Of a stretch of DNA of 64,000 bases, positions 49,011 through 61,551 are shown in pieces (positions within the stretch are counted from its first letter, which is position 1; each line of letters begins with the position of its first letter). The position numbers and the translations under genes were made by a program. The DNA comes from Ranitomeya imitator (lineage: Eukaryota), in assembly GCF_032444005.1 (NCBI RefSeq), contig NC_091282.1, positions 749,580,001 to 749,644,000 of the forward strand, written 5' to 3'. Below the pieces are notes generated by a model. The model was not told the DNA's origin. It saw only the letters and a list, made by a program, of their open reading frames with translations, and did no database searches.

Positions 49011-50432
49011 TGGGGTCAACATGCAAGGATCAAAACATCTAGGACTGAACATGCCTGGGGGTAAAATATACAGGACCCTAATTGCTGGGTATTCCTGTGG
49101 CTGCCTTTTCAGCAGCTCACCCAGTGTCTCTTCTGGCTGGCCTTAAAGGAATATTATCACCCTAGAACAAAAAAAAACTGGCATACTTACCCGTCACAGT
49201 TGCAGCTCCTTGGGTCACAGAGTGCAGTCTAGCGGTTTCTCGTGATGTCTTCTTCTGTTTCTGGCTGTCTTTTCATCTTACCTGGATCACTGATCCATGA
49301 AGCATGATGAATGCAGCAGCAGTGAGGCCGAATGTCTCCAGGCCGCTCACTGACATGATATCACTCCTGCCCCATTCATCAGTCAATCCACGGGGCAGGA
49401 TACCTCTCCTGTCACCAAAACACTGCTGCGCAGTACCATGATGAGATCAGGCAGAAGAGGAAGCTGGGAAAAAGGAGAAGACTCGTGGTGGCCTCCGGAT
49501 CCAGCATGGCGATCACCAGCCAACACAGCCAGGAGAAGATCAGGCAAAGATGAGCAAAAGACCTCTAGGTAAGTACGAGGATGGGAAGATCGGCAGCATG
49601 CCTACCTGTTATGATCTGGTGATTAAGGAGCGACATGCGTCTAGCTCTGAGCAGGTGGCAACTATACTGACCGCAGTCCCTAAGCTCAACACAACACTAG
49701 AAGTAGCTGTGGAATGCTCCTAACTCTACCTAGGCATCTCGTCACAGCCTAAGAGCTAACTACCCCTAAAGAAAGAAGCAGGAAAACTATCTTGCCTCAG
49801 AGAAAATCCCCAAAGGATAGATTAGCCCCCCACAAATAATGACTGTGAGAGGAGAAGGAAATGACATACGTAGTATGAAACAAGATTTAGCACAGGAGGC
49901 CACATCTAGCTAGATAGAAATAGTACAGAACAGAACGCTGTGCGGTCAGTAATAAAAACTAGAAAAAGTCCACCGCAGAGAAATGCAAAAATCTCCACAC
50001 CTGACTAAAGGTGTGGAGGGCAAACTCTGCTGCCCAGAGCTTCCAGCTTAACTGAATAGATCCATACTGAAAAGCTGGACAAATGAACAAAAACAAAGAA
50101 AGTGCTGAACAACAAAGTCCACAACAAGAGAACCGCAAAAGGACAAGCAAGGACTTAGCTTTGATGAACTGGTCAGAGTGTCAGGAAAGTCCTAAGAGCA
50201 ATGACTCCAGGCAGGAACAATTGACAACTGGCATTGAATGAGGGATAAGGCCAGACTAATATAGCCGAGCCAGAAAGACGATCAGTGAAAACAGCTGCTG
50301 AAGCTAAATCCAAGAAGCAGCCATACCACTAAAAACCACAGGAGGGAGCCAAAGAGCAGAGCTCACAAAAATGCTACTTACAACCACCGGAGGGAGCCCA
50401 AGAGCGGAATTCACAACAGTACCCCCCCCCCC

Positions 50433-53400
50433 TTAAGGAGTGGTCACCGAACCCTCACCAGAGCCCCCAGGCCGATCAGGATGAGCCAAATGAAAAGCAC
50501 GAACCAAATCGGCGGCATGAACATCGGAGGCAACAACCCAAGAATTATCCTCCTGGCCATAACCCTTCCACTTGACAAGATACTGAAGCTTCCGCCTCGA
50601 AAAACGAGAATCCAAAATTTTCTCAACCACATATTCCAACTCCCCCTCAACCAACACCGGGGCAGGAGGATCAACAGATGGAACAACGGGCACCACATAT
50701 CTCCGCAACAAAGATCTATGGAAAACATTGTGGATGGCAAAAGAGGCTGGAAAGGCCAAACGAAAAGACACAGGATTGATAATCTCAGAAATCTTATAAG
50801 GACCAATAAACCGAGGCTTGAACTTAGGGGAAGAAACCTTCATAGGAACATGACGAGAGGACAACCAAACCAAATCCCCCACACGAAGCCGAGGACCAAC
50901 ACACCAACGGCGGTTAGCAAAACTCTGAGCCTTTTCCTGGGACAACGTCAAATTGTCTACCACATGAGTCCAAATCTGCTGTAACCTGTCCATCACAGAA
51001 TCAACACCAGGACTATCAGAAGGCTCAACCTGCCCTGAAGAAAAACGAGGATGGAAACCAAAATTACAAAAGAAAGGCGAAACCAAAGTAGCCGAACTGG
51101 CCCGATTATTAAGGGCAAACTCGGCCAACTGCAAGAAAGTCACCCAATCATCCTGATCAGCAGATACAAAGCATCTCAAATAGGTTTCCAAGGTCTGATT
51201 AGTTCGCTCAGTTTGGCCATTGGTCTGAAGATGGAAGAAAAAGACAAATCAATACCCATCCTAGCACAAAAGGCCCGCCAAAACCTGGAAACAAACTGGG
51301 AACCTCTGTCAGACACAATATTCTCCACATGCTGAAAAAACAATGGAACCAAATCAGAGGAGGAAGGCAATTTAGGCAAAGGTACCAAATGGACCATTTT
51401 AGAGAACCGGTCACAAACCACCCAGATAACAGACATCCTCTGGGTCACAGGAAGATCTGAAATAAAATCCATGGAAATATGCGTCCAAGGCCTCTCCGGG
51501 ACGGGCAAAGGCAAAAGCAACCCACTAGCGCGGGAACAGCAAGGCTTGGCTCGGGCGCAAGTCCCACAGGACTGCACAAAAGCACGGACATCGCGCGACA
51601 AGGAAGGCCACCAAAAGGACCTAGCAACCAAATCTCTGGTACCAAAAATCCCAGGATGACCAGCCAACACTGAACAATGGACCTCAGAAATCACCTTACT
51701 CGTCCATCTATCAGGAACAAACAGCTTCCCCACAGGACAGCGGTTAGGCCTATCAGCCTGAAATTCCTGAAGCACTCGCCGCAAATCAGGGGAGATGGCA
51801 GAAAGAATCACCCCTTCCTTAAGAATGCCAACCGGCTCAAGGACTCCAGGAGAATCCGGCAAAAAACTCCTAGAGAGGGCATCCGCCTTAACATTCTTAG
51901 ATCCTGGAAGATATGAGACCACAAAATCAAAACGGGAGAAAAACAGGGACCATCGAGCCTGTCTAGGGTTCAGCCGCTTGGCCGACTCAAGGTAAATCAA
52001 ATTCTTATGATCGGTCAAGATCACAATGCGGTGCTTGGCTCCCTCAAGCCAATGACGCCACTCCTCAAATGCCCACTTCATAACCAACAACTCCCGATTG
52101 CCGACATCATAATTGCGTTCCGCAGGCGAAAACTTTCGGGAAAAGAAGGCACATGGCTTCATCAAAGAACCATCAGAATTCCTCTGTGACAAAACGGCCC
52201 CTGCCCCAATCTCAGAAGTGTCAACCTCAACCTGAAAATTAAGAGAAACATCCGGTTGACGCAACACAGGGGCAGAAGTAAATCGGCGTTTAAGCTCCTG
52301 AAAGGCATCAACAGCCTCAGAGGACCAATTAGTCACATCAGCGCCTTTCTTCATCAAATCGGTCAGGGGTTTAACCACACTAGAGAAGTTGGCAATGAAA
52401 CGGCGATAAAAATTAGCAAAGCCCAAAAATTTCTGAAGGCTCTTCACAGATGTGGGTTGAATCCAGTCATGAATGGCTTGGACCTTAACAGGATCCATTT
52501 CTATAGACGAAGGAGAAAAAATAAACCCCAAAAAAGAGACCTTCTGAACTCCAAATAGGCACTTAGACCCCTTCACAAATAGAGCATTATCACGAAGGAT
52601 CTGGAATACCATCCTGACCTGCTTCACATGAGACTCCCAATCATCGGAAAAAATCAAAATATCATCCAAATATACAACCATGAATTTATCAAGATAATTG
52701 CGGAAAATATCATGCATGAAAGACTGGAACACAGATGGAGCATTAGAGAGCCCAAATGGCATCACAAGGTATTCAAACTGGCCTTCGGGCGTATTAAATG
52801 CAGTCTTCCATTCGTCACCCTGTTTAATACGAACAAGATTATATGCCCCTCGAAGGTCAATCTTGGTAAACCAACTAGCCCCCTTAATCCTAGCAAACAA
52901 ATCAGAGAGCAAAGGTAAAGGGTATTGGAATTTGACCGTGATCTTATTAAGAAGGCGATAATCAATACAAGGTCTTAAGGAGCCATCCTTCTTGGCAACA
53001 AAAAAGAATCCCGCTCCCAATGGTGACGAAGACGGCCGAATATGCCCCTTCTCTAAAGACTCCTTAACATAGCTCCGCATGGCGGCATGCTCTGGCACAG
53101 ACAGGTTGAAAAGTCGGCCCTTAGGGAACTTACAGCCAGGAATCAAGTCAATAGCACAATCACAGTCCCTATGTGGAGGAAGGGAACTGGACTTGGGCTC
53201 ATCGAATACATCCTGGAAATCTAACAAAAATTCAGGAACATCAGAAGAGGGGGAGGAGGAAATTGACATCAAAGGAACGTCACTATGTACCCCTTGACAA
53301 CCCCAACTAGTCACAGACATTGATTTCCAATCCAGCACTGGATTGTGTACTTGTAACCATGGAAAACCCAGTACAACAACATCATGTAAATTATGCAACA

Positions 53401-53665
53401 CCAGAAAACGGCAATCTTCCTGATGTGCAGGAGCCGTGTACATAGTCATCTGCGTCCAGTACTGAGGTTTATTCTTGGCCAATGGTGTAGCATCAATACC
53501 CCTCAAGGGTATGGGACTCTGCAAAGGCTGCAAAGAAAAACCACAGCGCCTAGCAAATTCTAAGTCCATTAAGTTCAGAGCAGCGCCTGAATCCACAAAT
53601 GCCATGACAGAAAAAGATGACAATGAGCAAATCAGGGTCACAGACAGGAGAAACTTAGGCTGCAC
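50433..53665 (-). pseudogene. pol: Chromovirus pol PR-RT-RNaseH-IN-chromodomain, one frameshift in integrase
   Basis: FVDSGA protease. YLDD RT. RNase H. HHCC and DFI...SDRG integrase, GPY/F module, chromodomain EYVVEKILDSR...YLVKWKGY...NSW. Small deletions near 51330 and 51240. Confidence 0.93.
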
Positions 53666-54477
53666 AGTACTAATGGTAACAGATCTAGCGACCCTCTTAA
53701 TACGCTTAGGGCAATCAGAAATAGTATGAGCAGAATCACCACAGTAAAAACACAGCCCATTCTGACGTCTGTATCCCCTCTGTTTGCTCTAGTCAAAATC
53801 CTATCACATTGCATGGGCTCAGGACTTCGCGCAGAGGACACTGCCATATGGTGCACCACTTTGCGTTCGCGCAGGCGCCGATCAATCTGAATGGCCAGAG
53901 ACATAGATTCGCTCAAACCAACAGGCGTGGGAAAACCCACCATAACATCTTTAAGGGCTTCAGAAAGACCCTTTCTGAAAATTGCTGCCAGAGCGTCCTC
54001 ATTCCATTTAGTGAGCACAGACCATTTTCTAAATTTCTGGCAGTATAATTCTGCCGCTTCCTGACCCTGACACAGGGCCAACAGTGTTTTCTCAGCATGC
54101 TCTACAGAGTTAGGTTCGTCATACAATAATCCGAGCGATTGAAAAAATGCATCTACATTAAGCAATGCCGGATTCCCTGACTCAAGTGAGAATGCCCAGT
54201 CCTGAGGGTCGCCACGCAGTAGAGAAATAACTATCTTTACTTGCTGAATGGGGTCACCAGAGGAACGGGGTTTCAGAGCAAAAAACAATTTGCAGTTATT
54301 TTTAAAGTTCAAAAACTTAGATCTATCCCCGTAAAACAAATCCGGTGTAGGAATTCTAGGCTCTAAGGCCGGAGTCTGAACCACATAATCTTGAATACTC
54401 TGTACTCTTGCAGCAAGCTGATCCACACGAGAAAACAAACCCTGAACATCCATGCCTGCATCCAAATCCCGAATCAC
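53638..54477 (-). pseudogene. gag: Chromovirus gag, frameshifted before the CCHC knuckle
   Basis: PDLFYGDRSKF...F.KGLSEALKD...LAIQIDRRLRER (PEG10/RTL-like Gag). Knuckle LCFYCGDSAHTISDC is out of frame near 53780. Confidence 0.88.
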
Positions 54478-54583
54478 CCAGAGATCAACAGGAAGGAAAA
54501 AGACAAAACAGACTAAAGAAAAAAAAAATGGCTCAGAACTCTTTTTCTCTTCCTTCTTATGAAAGGCATTCAGCTAATTTTTG

Positions 54584-54592
54584 GCCAGTTGT
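54584..54592 (-). promoter_or_regulatory. Non-tRNA (self-priming) PBS candidate
   Basis: Minus strand GT-ACAACTGGC, complementary to GCCAGTTGT at 55220-55212 within the LTR. Confidence 0.7.
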
Positions 54593-55244
54593 ACTGTTAT
54601 GATCTGGTGATTAAGGAGCGACATGCGTCTAGCTCTGAGCAGGTGGCAACTATACTGACCGCAGTCCCTAAGCTCAACACAACACTAGAAGTAGCCGTGG
54701 AATGCTCCTAACTCTACCTAGGCATCTCGTCACAGCCTAAGAGCTAACTACCCCTAAAGAAAGAAGCAGGAAAACTATCTTGCCTCAGAGAAAATCCCCA
54801 AAGGATAGATTAGCCCCCCACAAATAATGACTGTGAGAGGAGAAGGAAATGACATACTTAGTATGAAACAAGATTTAGCACAGGAGGCCACTTCTAGCTA
54901 GATAGAAATAGTACAGAACAGAACGCTGTGCGGTCAGTAATAAAAACTAGAAAAAGTCCACCGCAGAGAAATGCAAAAATCTCCACACCTGACTAAAGGT
55001 GTGGAGGGCAAACTCTGCTGCCCAGAGCTTCCAGCTTAACTGAATAGATCCATACTGAAAAGCTGGACAAATGAACAAAAACAAAGAAAGTGCTGAACAA
55101 CAAAGTCCACAACAAGAGAACCGCAAAAGGACAAGCAAGGACTTAGCTTTGATGAACTGGTCAGAGTGTCAGGAAAGTCCTAAGAGCAATGACTCCAGGC
55201 AGGAACAATTGACAACTGGCATTGAATGAGGGATAAGGCCAGAC

Positions 55245-55251
55245 TAATATA
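55245..55251 (-). promoter_or_regulatory. TATA-like box of the chromovirus 5' LTR
   Basis: Minus strand TATATTA, 31 nt upstream of the inferred start at 55220. Confidence 0.55.
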
Positions 55252-56167
55252 GCCGAGCCAGAAAGACGATCAGTGAAAACAGCTGCTGAAGCTAAATCCA
55301 AGAAGCAGCCATACCACTAAAAACCACAGGAGGGAGCCAAAGAGCAGAACTCACAAAAATGCTACTTACAACCACCGGAGGGAGCCCAAGAGCGGAATTC
55401 ACAACACCTACCGCAACATGATTGCTGAAAGCATGCTGCCTGATTTTGCTGTTCGGCATGAGAATACCCCTTTAGTGCAGGCTATGTATGGAAGCAGGGG
55501 GATTGTTGACTGACTACAGGGTTAATCCCACCAACCATCTCTGCAGAACTGAGATATTGGCTTTGCTGAACTAAAATGGTGGTTAACCAGCTTCTAAAGA
55601 ACCTCTTTATCAGGTTTTCAGAAGGGGGGTTTGGGGATCTGCCCTCACAGAACACTCTGCCAGTATACCAAAGAATGGAGCAGCAGATAAAAGTGGTATT
55701 CTCACTTCAGGATCCCTTTTTCTGTTGATGCCCATTCCTCAGATTAGGCCAAGAATAGGGTCCAGTTGTCTTCTGCATTGAACCAGCTGTTGATCAGCAA
55801 CTTTCAGCACCAATGACAATGGCAAGTGACTGAAAGCTGCAGCCATAGCTCTCCATGTTTTCAGTGAGATCCAGGGAAGATGTGACAGTGCCTGGAAAAG
55901 AGCTGATCCACCGTGACATGCCTTATACAGGGGCATGCACTGCTCTGTGCAGAGAAATGCATGTTCTGGACGGGACTCGGTTGTGTGCATTCAGTCTTTC
56001 AGTAACAAATGGCCCTTTGGGGTCAACCATTAAATTGGTGTGGCCGTTGGTGAATATGAATTTGACACCCCTGATCTAAGACAAGTGACCATTATTTTAC
56101 TGTCATGTACTAATGGTGTTACACATAATGGCTTCTTTTTGTCATCCATTACATATCATACTGTATC

Positions 56168-57348
56168 TAGTGATGAGCAAACCCAATCTGGAAAGTTCAG
56201 GGTTCGCATCGAACATTGCCTGCTCGGGTTCAACCACACCAACCCCAAACAGGCAATGTTTGGAGTTTGCTCATCAGAAAATAAAAATCACTTCTCTCCC
56301 CCTTGCTGAGGTCAAGACCTGTGTGGAGAGTCTTCTAGACCAAGGGAAGGGAATCCCTAGCTAGGAATCCTGAATGGGATTCCCTCGGGTACGATGACAT
56401 ATTCACACAATGTGGAAGTGCATGGAAGAGGACTGAAGAGGACCTGTTATGATCAGGTGACCTTGGAGCAGCATGAAAACTTTCACTGGAGTAGGTGGTA
56501 ACTATACTGACCGCAAACCCTGATCTTATCACCGCAACTAGAAGTAGCCGAACCCCAAAGGATAGGCAGCCCCCCACAAATATTGACTGTGAGTAGTAGA
56601 GGAAAAGACACACATAGGCAGAAAACAGGATTAAGCAAATGAGGCACACACTAGCTAAATAGGAAAGAATAGGACAGGATACTAAGCGGACAGTATTAAA
56701 AATCCTTCCAAAAATATCCGCAGCAGAAAATACAAAAACTCCACCATCTAACTAAAGATGTGGAGCGTATATCTGCATCTCCAGAGAATCCAACAAGACC
56801 GAGAAAACACTGACACAGACTAAGCTGGACAAGAGAAAAACAAATGAATAGCACAGAATATAAGCACACTGCATGTGTGCCACAGAAACAAAAACCAGAC
56901 ACTTATCTTTGCTTAATTGACAGCTGAGCATGAGACGCCAGAAAGTGATCCAACACTTCAGAAGAAACATTGACAACTGGCAAGGACTAATGAATCCTGC
57001 ACACCTAAATATCCCAGTCAGAACTGCAATCAGCAGATACACCTGGCCAGGACTGTGACTCAGAGACAACTGCATTCCCACCTAAACCACTGGAGGGAAC
57101 CCAAGAGCAGAATTCACAACAAGGACCCTCCACGTGCAAAAGGAGTAAGTAGCAATAAATATATTTTCTTTTTACTATCTGGTCCGTGATGAGGATGTGG
57201 TGGACAGATCCTCCACTCCTCTGAGTCTCCATACCCATTGAGTTCAATGGAGATGATAGTTTGGGGGTGCTGAATCCAAACCTGGATTTTCTTGTGTGTT
57301 TGAGATTGAACTGCCCGAACTGAACTTTGGCAGGTTCCCTTCTCACTA
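56168..57348. mobile_element. hAT-like MITE interrupted by a solo LTR
   Basis: TAGTGATGAGCAAACC ... GGTTCCCTTCTCACTA degenerate TIRs with GTTCGG-type subterminal repeats. Confidence 0.55.
56445..57121 (-). mobile_element. Chromovirus solo LTR (677 bp), a diverged relative of the 49607 LTRs
   Basis: TGTTATGATC...GAATTCACAACA termini shared with the 49607 element. AGGACC duplicated at 56439-56444 and 57122-57127. Confidence 0.9.
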
Positions 57349-57879
57349 ATCATAATTTGGGTCTAAGATGTATAAATGTGATCAAGTTACAGTTTTTTTT
57401 TAATTCCAAAACTTTGAGTTTTCTAGATAAGTAACTTTACAAACAGACAGAAAAATATTAACAATTGGTCAAACCAACCAACACTGCAAAAAAATATATT
57501 TAAAGCGTAACTCTAAAAAAAACAAAAAAATTTTTGATATGTTATAGTAACTGTGGCACTGATCTTTTCCAATGGAGAACCCCTTCCAGCAGTTTTAGTT
57601 TTTTTTATAAATATAATATAATATTTTCTAAATTTTATTTAGTTTTATGTGAAAGTCCAATCCAAGTTACAGCAGCATGCTCTATGTTCTGCAGGATTTC
57701 AGTGGTTACTAAGGAAGTCGGGCCCCCTTGGTAGCAGAAATTGTGGACAGATTCAGGCTTCCTGTGATGCATTCAGGGCTGTTCGATCACAGCCCTCTGG
57801 AAAGTTCCCCTTCTTCCTCTCCTCACGTGCTTCATCCGGGACAGCACTCTGTACAGTACTTTTGTGGCATGTGGATTGA

Positions 57880-58155
57880 TAACGGATGGGAATTCATGAA
57901 CCACAAGGAGAAACTGGCGAAACATCCAAACACAATATTCTGGGGACAAAACAGGGTACAAACATCTGGGGGAAAAACATTGATGATGGACAGGAATTCA
58001 TGAACCACAATGGTACAAACAACCGGGGGCGAACTGCCGGGGCGAACTGCTGGGGGCAAAACATTGATGACGGACGGGAATTCATGAACCACAAGGGTAC
58101 AAACATCTGGGGGTGAACTGTCGGTGCGAACTGCTGGGGGCAAAACATTGATGAT
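57880..58155 (-). repeat. Inverted counterpart of the 48495-49010 array
   Basis: GGGAATTCATGAACCACAAG and GGGGGCGAACTG units are reverse complements of the left array units. Confidence 0.85.
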
Positions 58156-58810
58156 AGATGGATATAAATTTATTTACATTGGTCACATACAGCCTTTATA
58201 CGTATATTACTTCTTTAAAATTAAAGTTAGGCAATAATAGGCAAATCATGAACACACAGGGAGTTTTTTAACACTTTAAGAATTCAGTGTATACTCTATG
58301 GATGCAGTAAAAAAATGAATTTGTATCCCCCTCTATTTTTAATAGTATTTATATGTATGTATATGTTTCAATAAAGATTTTTATATATTTTTTTACATAT
58401 ATTTGGCATAAGGCTTCCTTTTGTTTATAGGTTTAATTCATAGTGATGGAAATGCCATCAATCTAGGCCATTATTGTTTTTTGTTCTGTTACATATGAGG
58501 TTCCAAGGCAGGACCAGACCTGTACTTAAGTCAATGAGTTAACAGAGTTTGTTACAGAGTTCAGTGCAGAACTATCAGCTGAACAGCAGAAATTACTCAG
58601 TGATGGCAAAGCTAAGTTTGTCGCAAGGTCCAATGCAGAGCTGACAGTGGTATGGCAGAGTTGACTCAGTAATAGCAGAGCTTAGTTTGTCACATGGTCC
58701 AGAATTGGCAATGGTGCACAATAGCTCCAAGGAGGCCAACTAATTGAAAAATCAAGCAGCATCCAGACGCAGGCCTAAGACACTAAGGAACATGATGACT
58801 CTAGATTCTA

Positions 58811-59100
58811 CAACCCCTGGCAAAAATTATGTAATCACCGGCCTTGGAGGATGCTCATTCAGTTGTTTAACTTTGTAGAAAAAAAGCAAATCACAGACAT
58901 GGCACAAAACTAAAGTCATTTCAAATGGCAACTTTCTGGCTTTAAGAAACACTAAAAGAAATCAAGAACAAAAAATGTGACAGTAATGGTTACTTTTTTT
59001 AACCAAGCATAGGGTAAAAATTATGGATTCACTCAATTATGAGGGAAAAATTATGGAATCATGAAAAACAAAAACAAAAAAAAAACCTCCAACAAATCAC
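58811..59100 (+). mobile_element. Tc1 left arm
   Basis: TA|CAACCCCTGGCAAAAATTATG TIR start with inner AAAATTATGGAATCA repeats. Confidence 0.75.
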
Positions 59101-59104
59101 TAGT

Positions 59105-61551
59105 TGTCACGCCCTATAGATGGGTGTATCGGGTGGACCCACTGGACCGCTATACAATGGTTGCCGATACCAGGAAGGGATAGCCGGACTAGGAAGGCTG
59201 GTTAGAAGCTTTATTGAAAGGTATACAAAAAATACTAGGGAAGGCACCCCAAAAGAAGTGACGGACCCCGGAGCGCCGGCGGATGACCGGAGCACGATGC
59301 TGCTGGCCCAGGACAGGACCGGAGGAGGTAAGAACAGGCGGAGAAGAGAAAGTAGGCACCCTGGACCGCGAGGTGGTGACAGTACCCCCCCTCCAGGCCC
59401 CCCCGGGAGGCGACTGGCAAGGAACCGACGTAGGAGACGAGGAGCATGGACGTTGCCTTCCGGCTCCCAGGACCTCTCCTCAGAACCAAACCCCTTCCAG
59501 TCGACCAGGTACCAAGTGGCACGCCCTCTCTTCTTCATGTCTAGAATGGCACTGACCTCATACTCGTTATAGGCCGAGATCGGAGAACGACGCTCTCCCG
59601 GGTCCTGGGAGAAGCTGTTGAGGATCACAGGCTTGAGGAGGGAACGGTGGAAAGAATTATGTATTCGCAGAGAAGGAGGCAGTCGCAGCCGATAGCACAC
59701 ATCGTTGAGTCTCTGGGACACTTCGAACGGTCCGATGTACCGAGGTCCGAGCTTGAAGGAGGGCACCTTAAGGCGGATGTACTTGGCTGATAACCATACC
59801 TTGTCACCTGGCTGAAACAACTGGGCATCAAGTCTTCTCTTGTCAGCATGGTCCTTTATACGGTGGGATGCTTTCTCAAGAGCTACACGAGTCTTGTTCC
59901 AGATGTTGACGAAGTCGCGAGCCACGGCCTCTGCTGCAGGATTGGAAGTCGTCATGACCAAGGGTGTCAGGATCCTCGGGTGCTGCCCATATACAATACA
60001 AAATGGAGTATTACGTGAAGACTCACCAACATGATTATTGTATGAGAACTCCGCCCAAGGCAGTAGGGACGTCCAGTTGTCGTGGTGCGCGTTGACAAAG
60101 TGCCGTAGAAAACCTGCCAACACCTGGTTTACCCGTTCCACCTGTCCATTAGACTGTGGATGATGAGCCGAAGAAAAGTCCAAGGCAATATCGAGTCTCC
60201 TGCAGAGAGAGCGCCAGAATCGGGACACGAATTGAACACCCCTATTGGAAACAATGTTGGAGGGTAACCCATGCAACTGGAGGATATGTTGAACAAACAA
60301 CTCGGCCAACTTGGGTGCCGAAGGAAGACCTGGCAGCGAAACGAAGTGACCCATCTTGGAAAATCTGTCCACCACAACCCAGATGACAGTATTCCCAGAG
60401 GATGCAGGAAGATCCGTGATAAAGTCCATCGCAATGTGTTGCCATGGTTTTGATGGTATAGGCAAGGGCAAGAGTTGTCCGGTGGGAAGCCGTTTGGGGG
60501 TCTTATTGCAGGCACAGGAAGAACAGGCAGAGACATAGTCTGTCACCTCTTGACGCATCCCAGGCCACCAGTAGTGCCGACCGATCAACTGTAAGGTCTT
60601 AGTCAAACTCGCGTGACCGGCTAGTAAGGAGGAATGTCCCCAGCGAAGGACGCGTTCTCGATTAAGTTCGGGCACCAGCGTCTTACCTGGGGGTACCTGC
60701 AACAGTTGAAGCGGTGCAACCACGATCACCTTGGAAGGATCGATGATGGAACGAGGTTCCTCCTCCTGATCGATGGTAAGAAAAGACCGGGAGAGGGCGT
60801 CAGCCTTGATATTTTTAACTGCGGGGCGAAAATGAAGACGGTAGTCAAACCGAGCAAAGAATAAGGACCAACGGGCCTGGCGAGGATTGAGCCTCTGGGC
60901 AGACTGGAGATAGGCCAAGTTCTTGTGGTCGGTGTAAATCACCACCAGGTGCACCGCTCCCTCTACGAGGTAACGCCACTCCTCCAAGGCCATTTTGATG
61001 GCAAGCAACTCACGGTCACCAATGGAGTAATTTCGCTCACAGGAGGAAAACGCCTTCGAAAAGAAGCCGCAAGAAACCATACGTCTGGAGGCGGCCTTCT
61101 GCGTAAGGACGGCCCCGGCACCTGTGGAGGATGCGTCCACCACCAGAAAGAACTGCTTCTCAGCGATGGGCCTGTGCAGGGCTGGTGCGGAGGAAAAGGC
61201 CCGTTTGAGTGCTTGGAAGGAGCATTCGGCCTCTGGAGTCCACCCATTAGCAGGTGTTCCCTTGTGTGTGAGTGCTGTGAGGGGCTTGACCAGATCCGAG
61301 AAGTGCGGAATCCCAAGAACCGTTGGATGGCTTTGATCCCGACCGGCCGAGGCCAGTTCATGATGGCCGACACCTTATCAGGATCCATCTCCAGCCCTGA
61401 GTCAGAGGCGATGTATCCAAGGAACGGCAGGGAAGACCGCTCAAAGAGGCATTTCTCATATTTGGCGTACAAGCGGTTCTCCCGTAATCGAAGGAGAACT
61501 CGTCGGACGTCTCTTCTATGTGTGGGCAGGTCTGGGGAGAAAACCAAGATG
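59105..61551 (-). mobile_element. 5'-truncated chromovirus: part of RT, RNase H, integrase, chromodomain, PPT and a 277-bp 3' LTR (59105-59381)
   Basis: LYAKYEKCLF...FLGYI (RT). VDASSTGAGAVL...ELLAIK (RNase H). AMDFITDLP (integrase). EYEVSAILD...YLVDWKG chromodomain. GGAGGGGGGTAC|TGTCAC PPT/LTR junction. Confidence 0.92.
59107..61547 (-). pseudogene. pol: Truncated pol with a frameshifting deletion
   Basis: ORFs 61547-60963 and 61143-59107. QRFLGF is joined out of frame to PHFSDLVKPL. Confidence 0.85.

Larger units (their letters stand above)
49607..55406 (-). mobile_element. Chromodomain Ty3/gypsy (sushi/Tf1-like chromovirus), full length, coding region disrupted
   Basis: 812-bp LTRs at 49607-50418 and 54595-55406 (4 differences seen). 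CCTACC duplicated on both flanks. G-rich PPT at 50422-50434. Confidence 0.97.

Noticed and set aside
48484-49042. Pro-rich and Gly/Cys-rich ORFs
   Set aside because: Translations of the short-unit tandem array.
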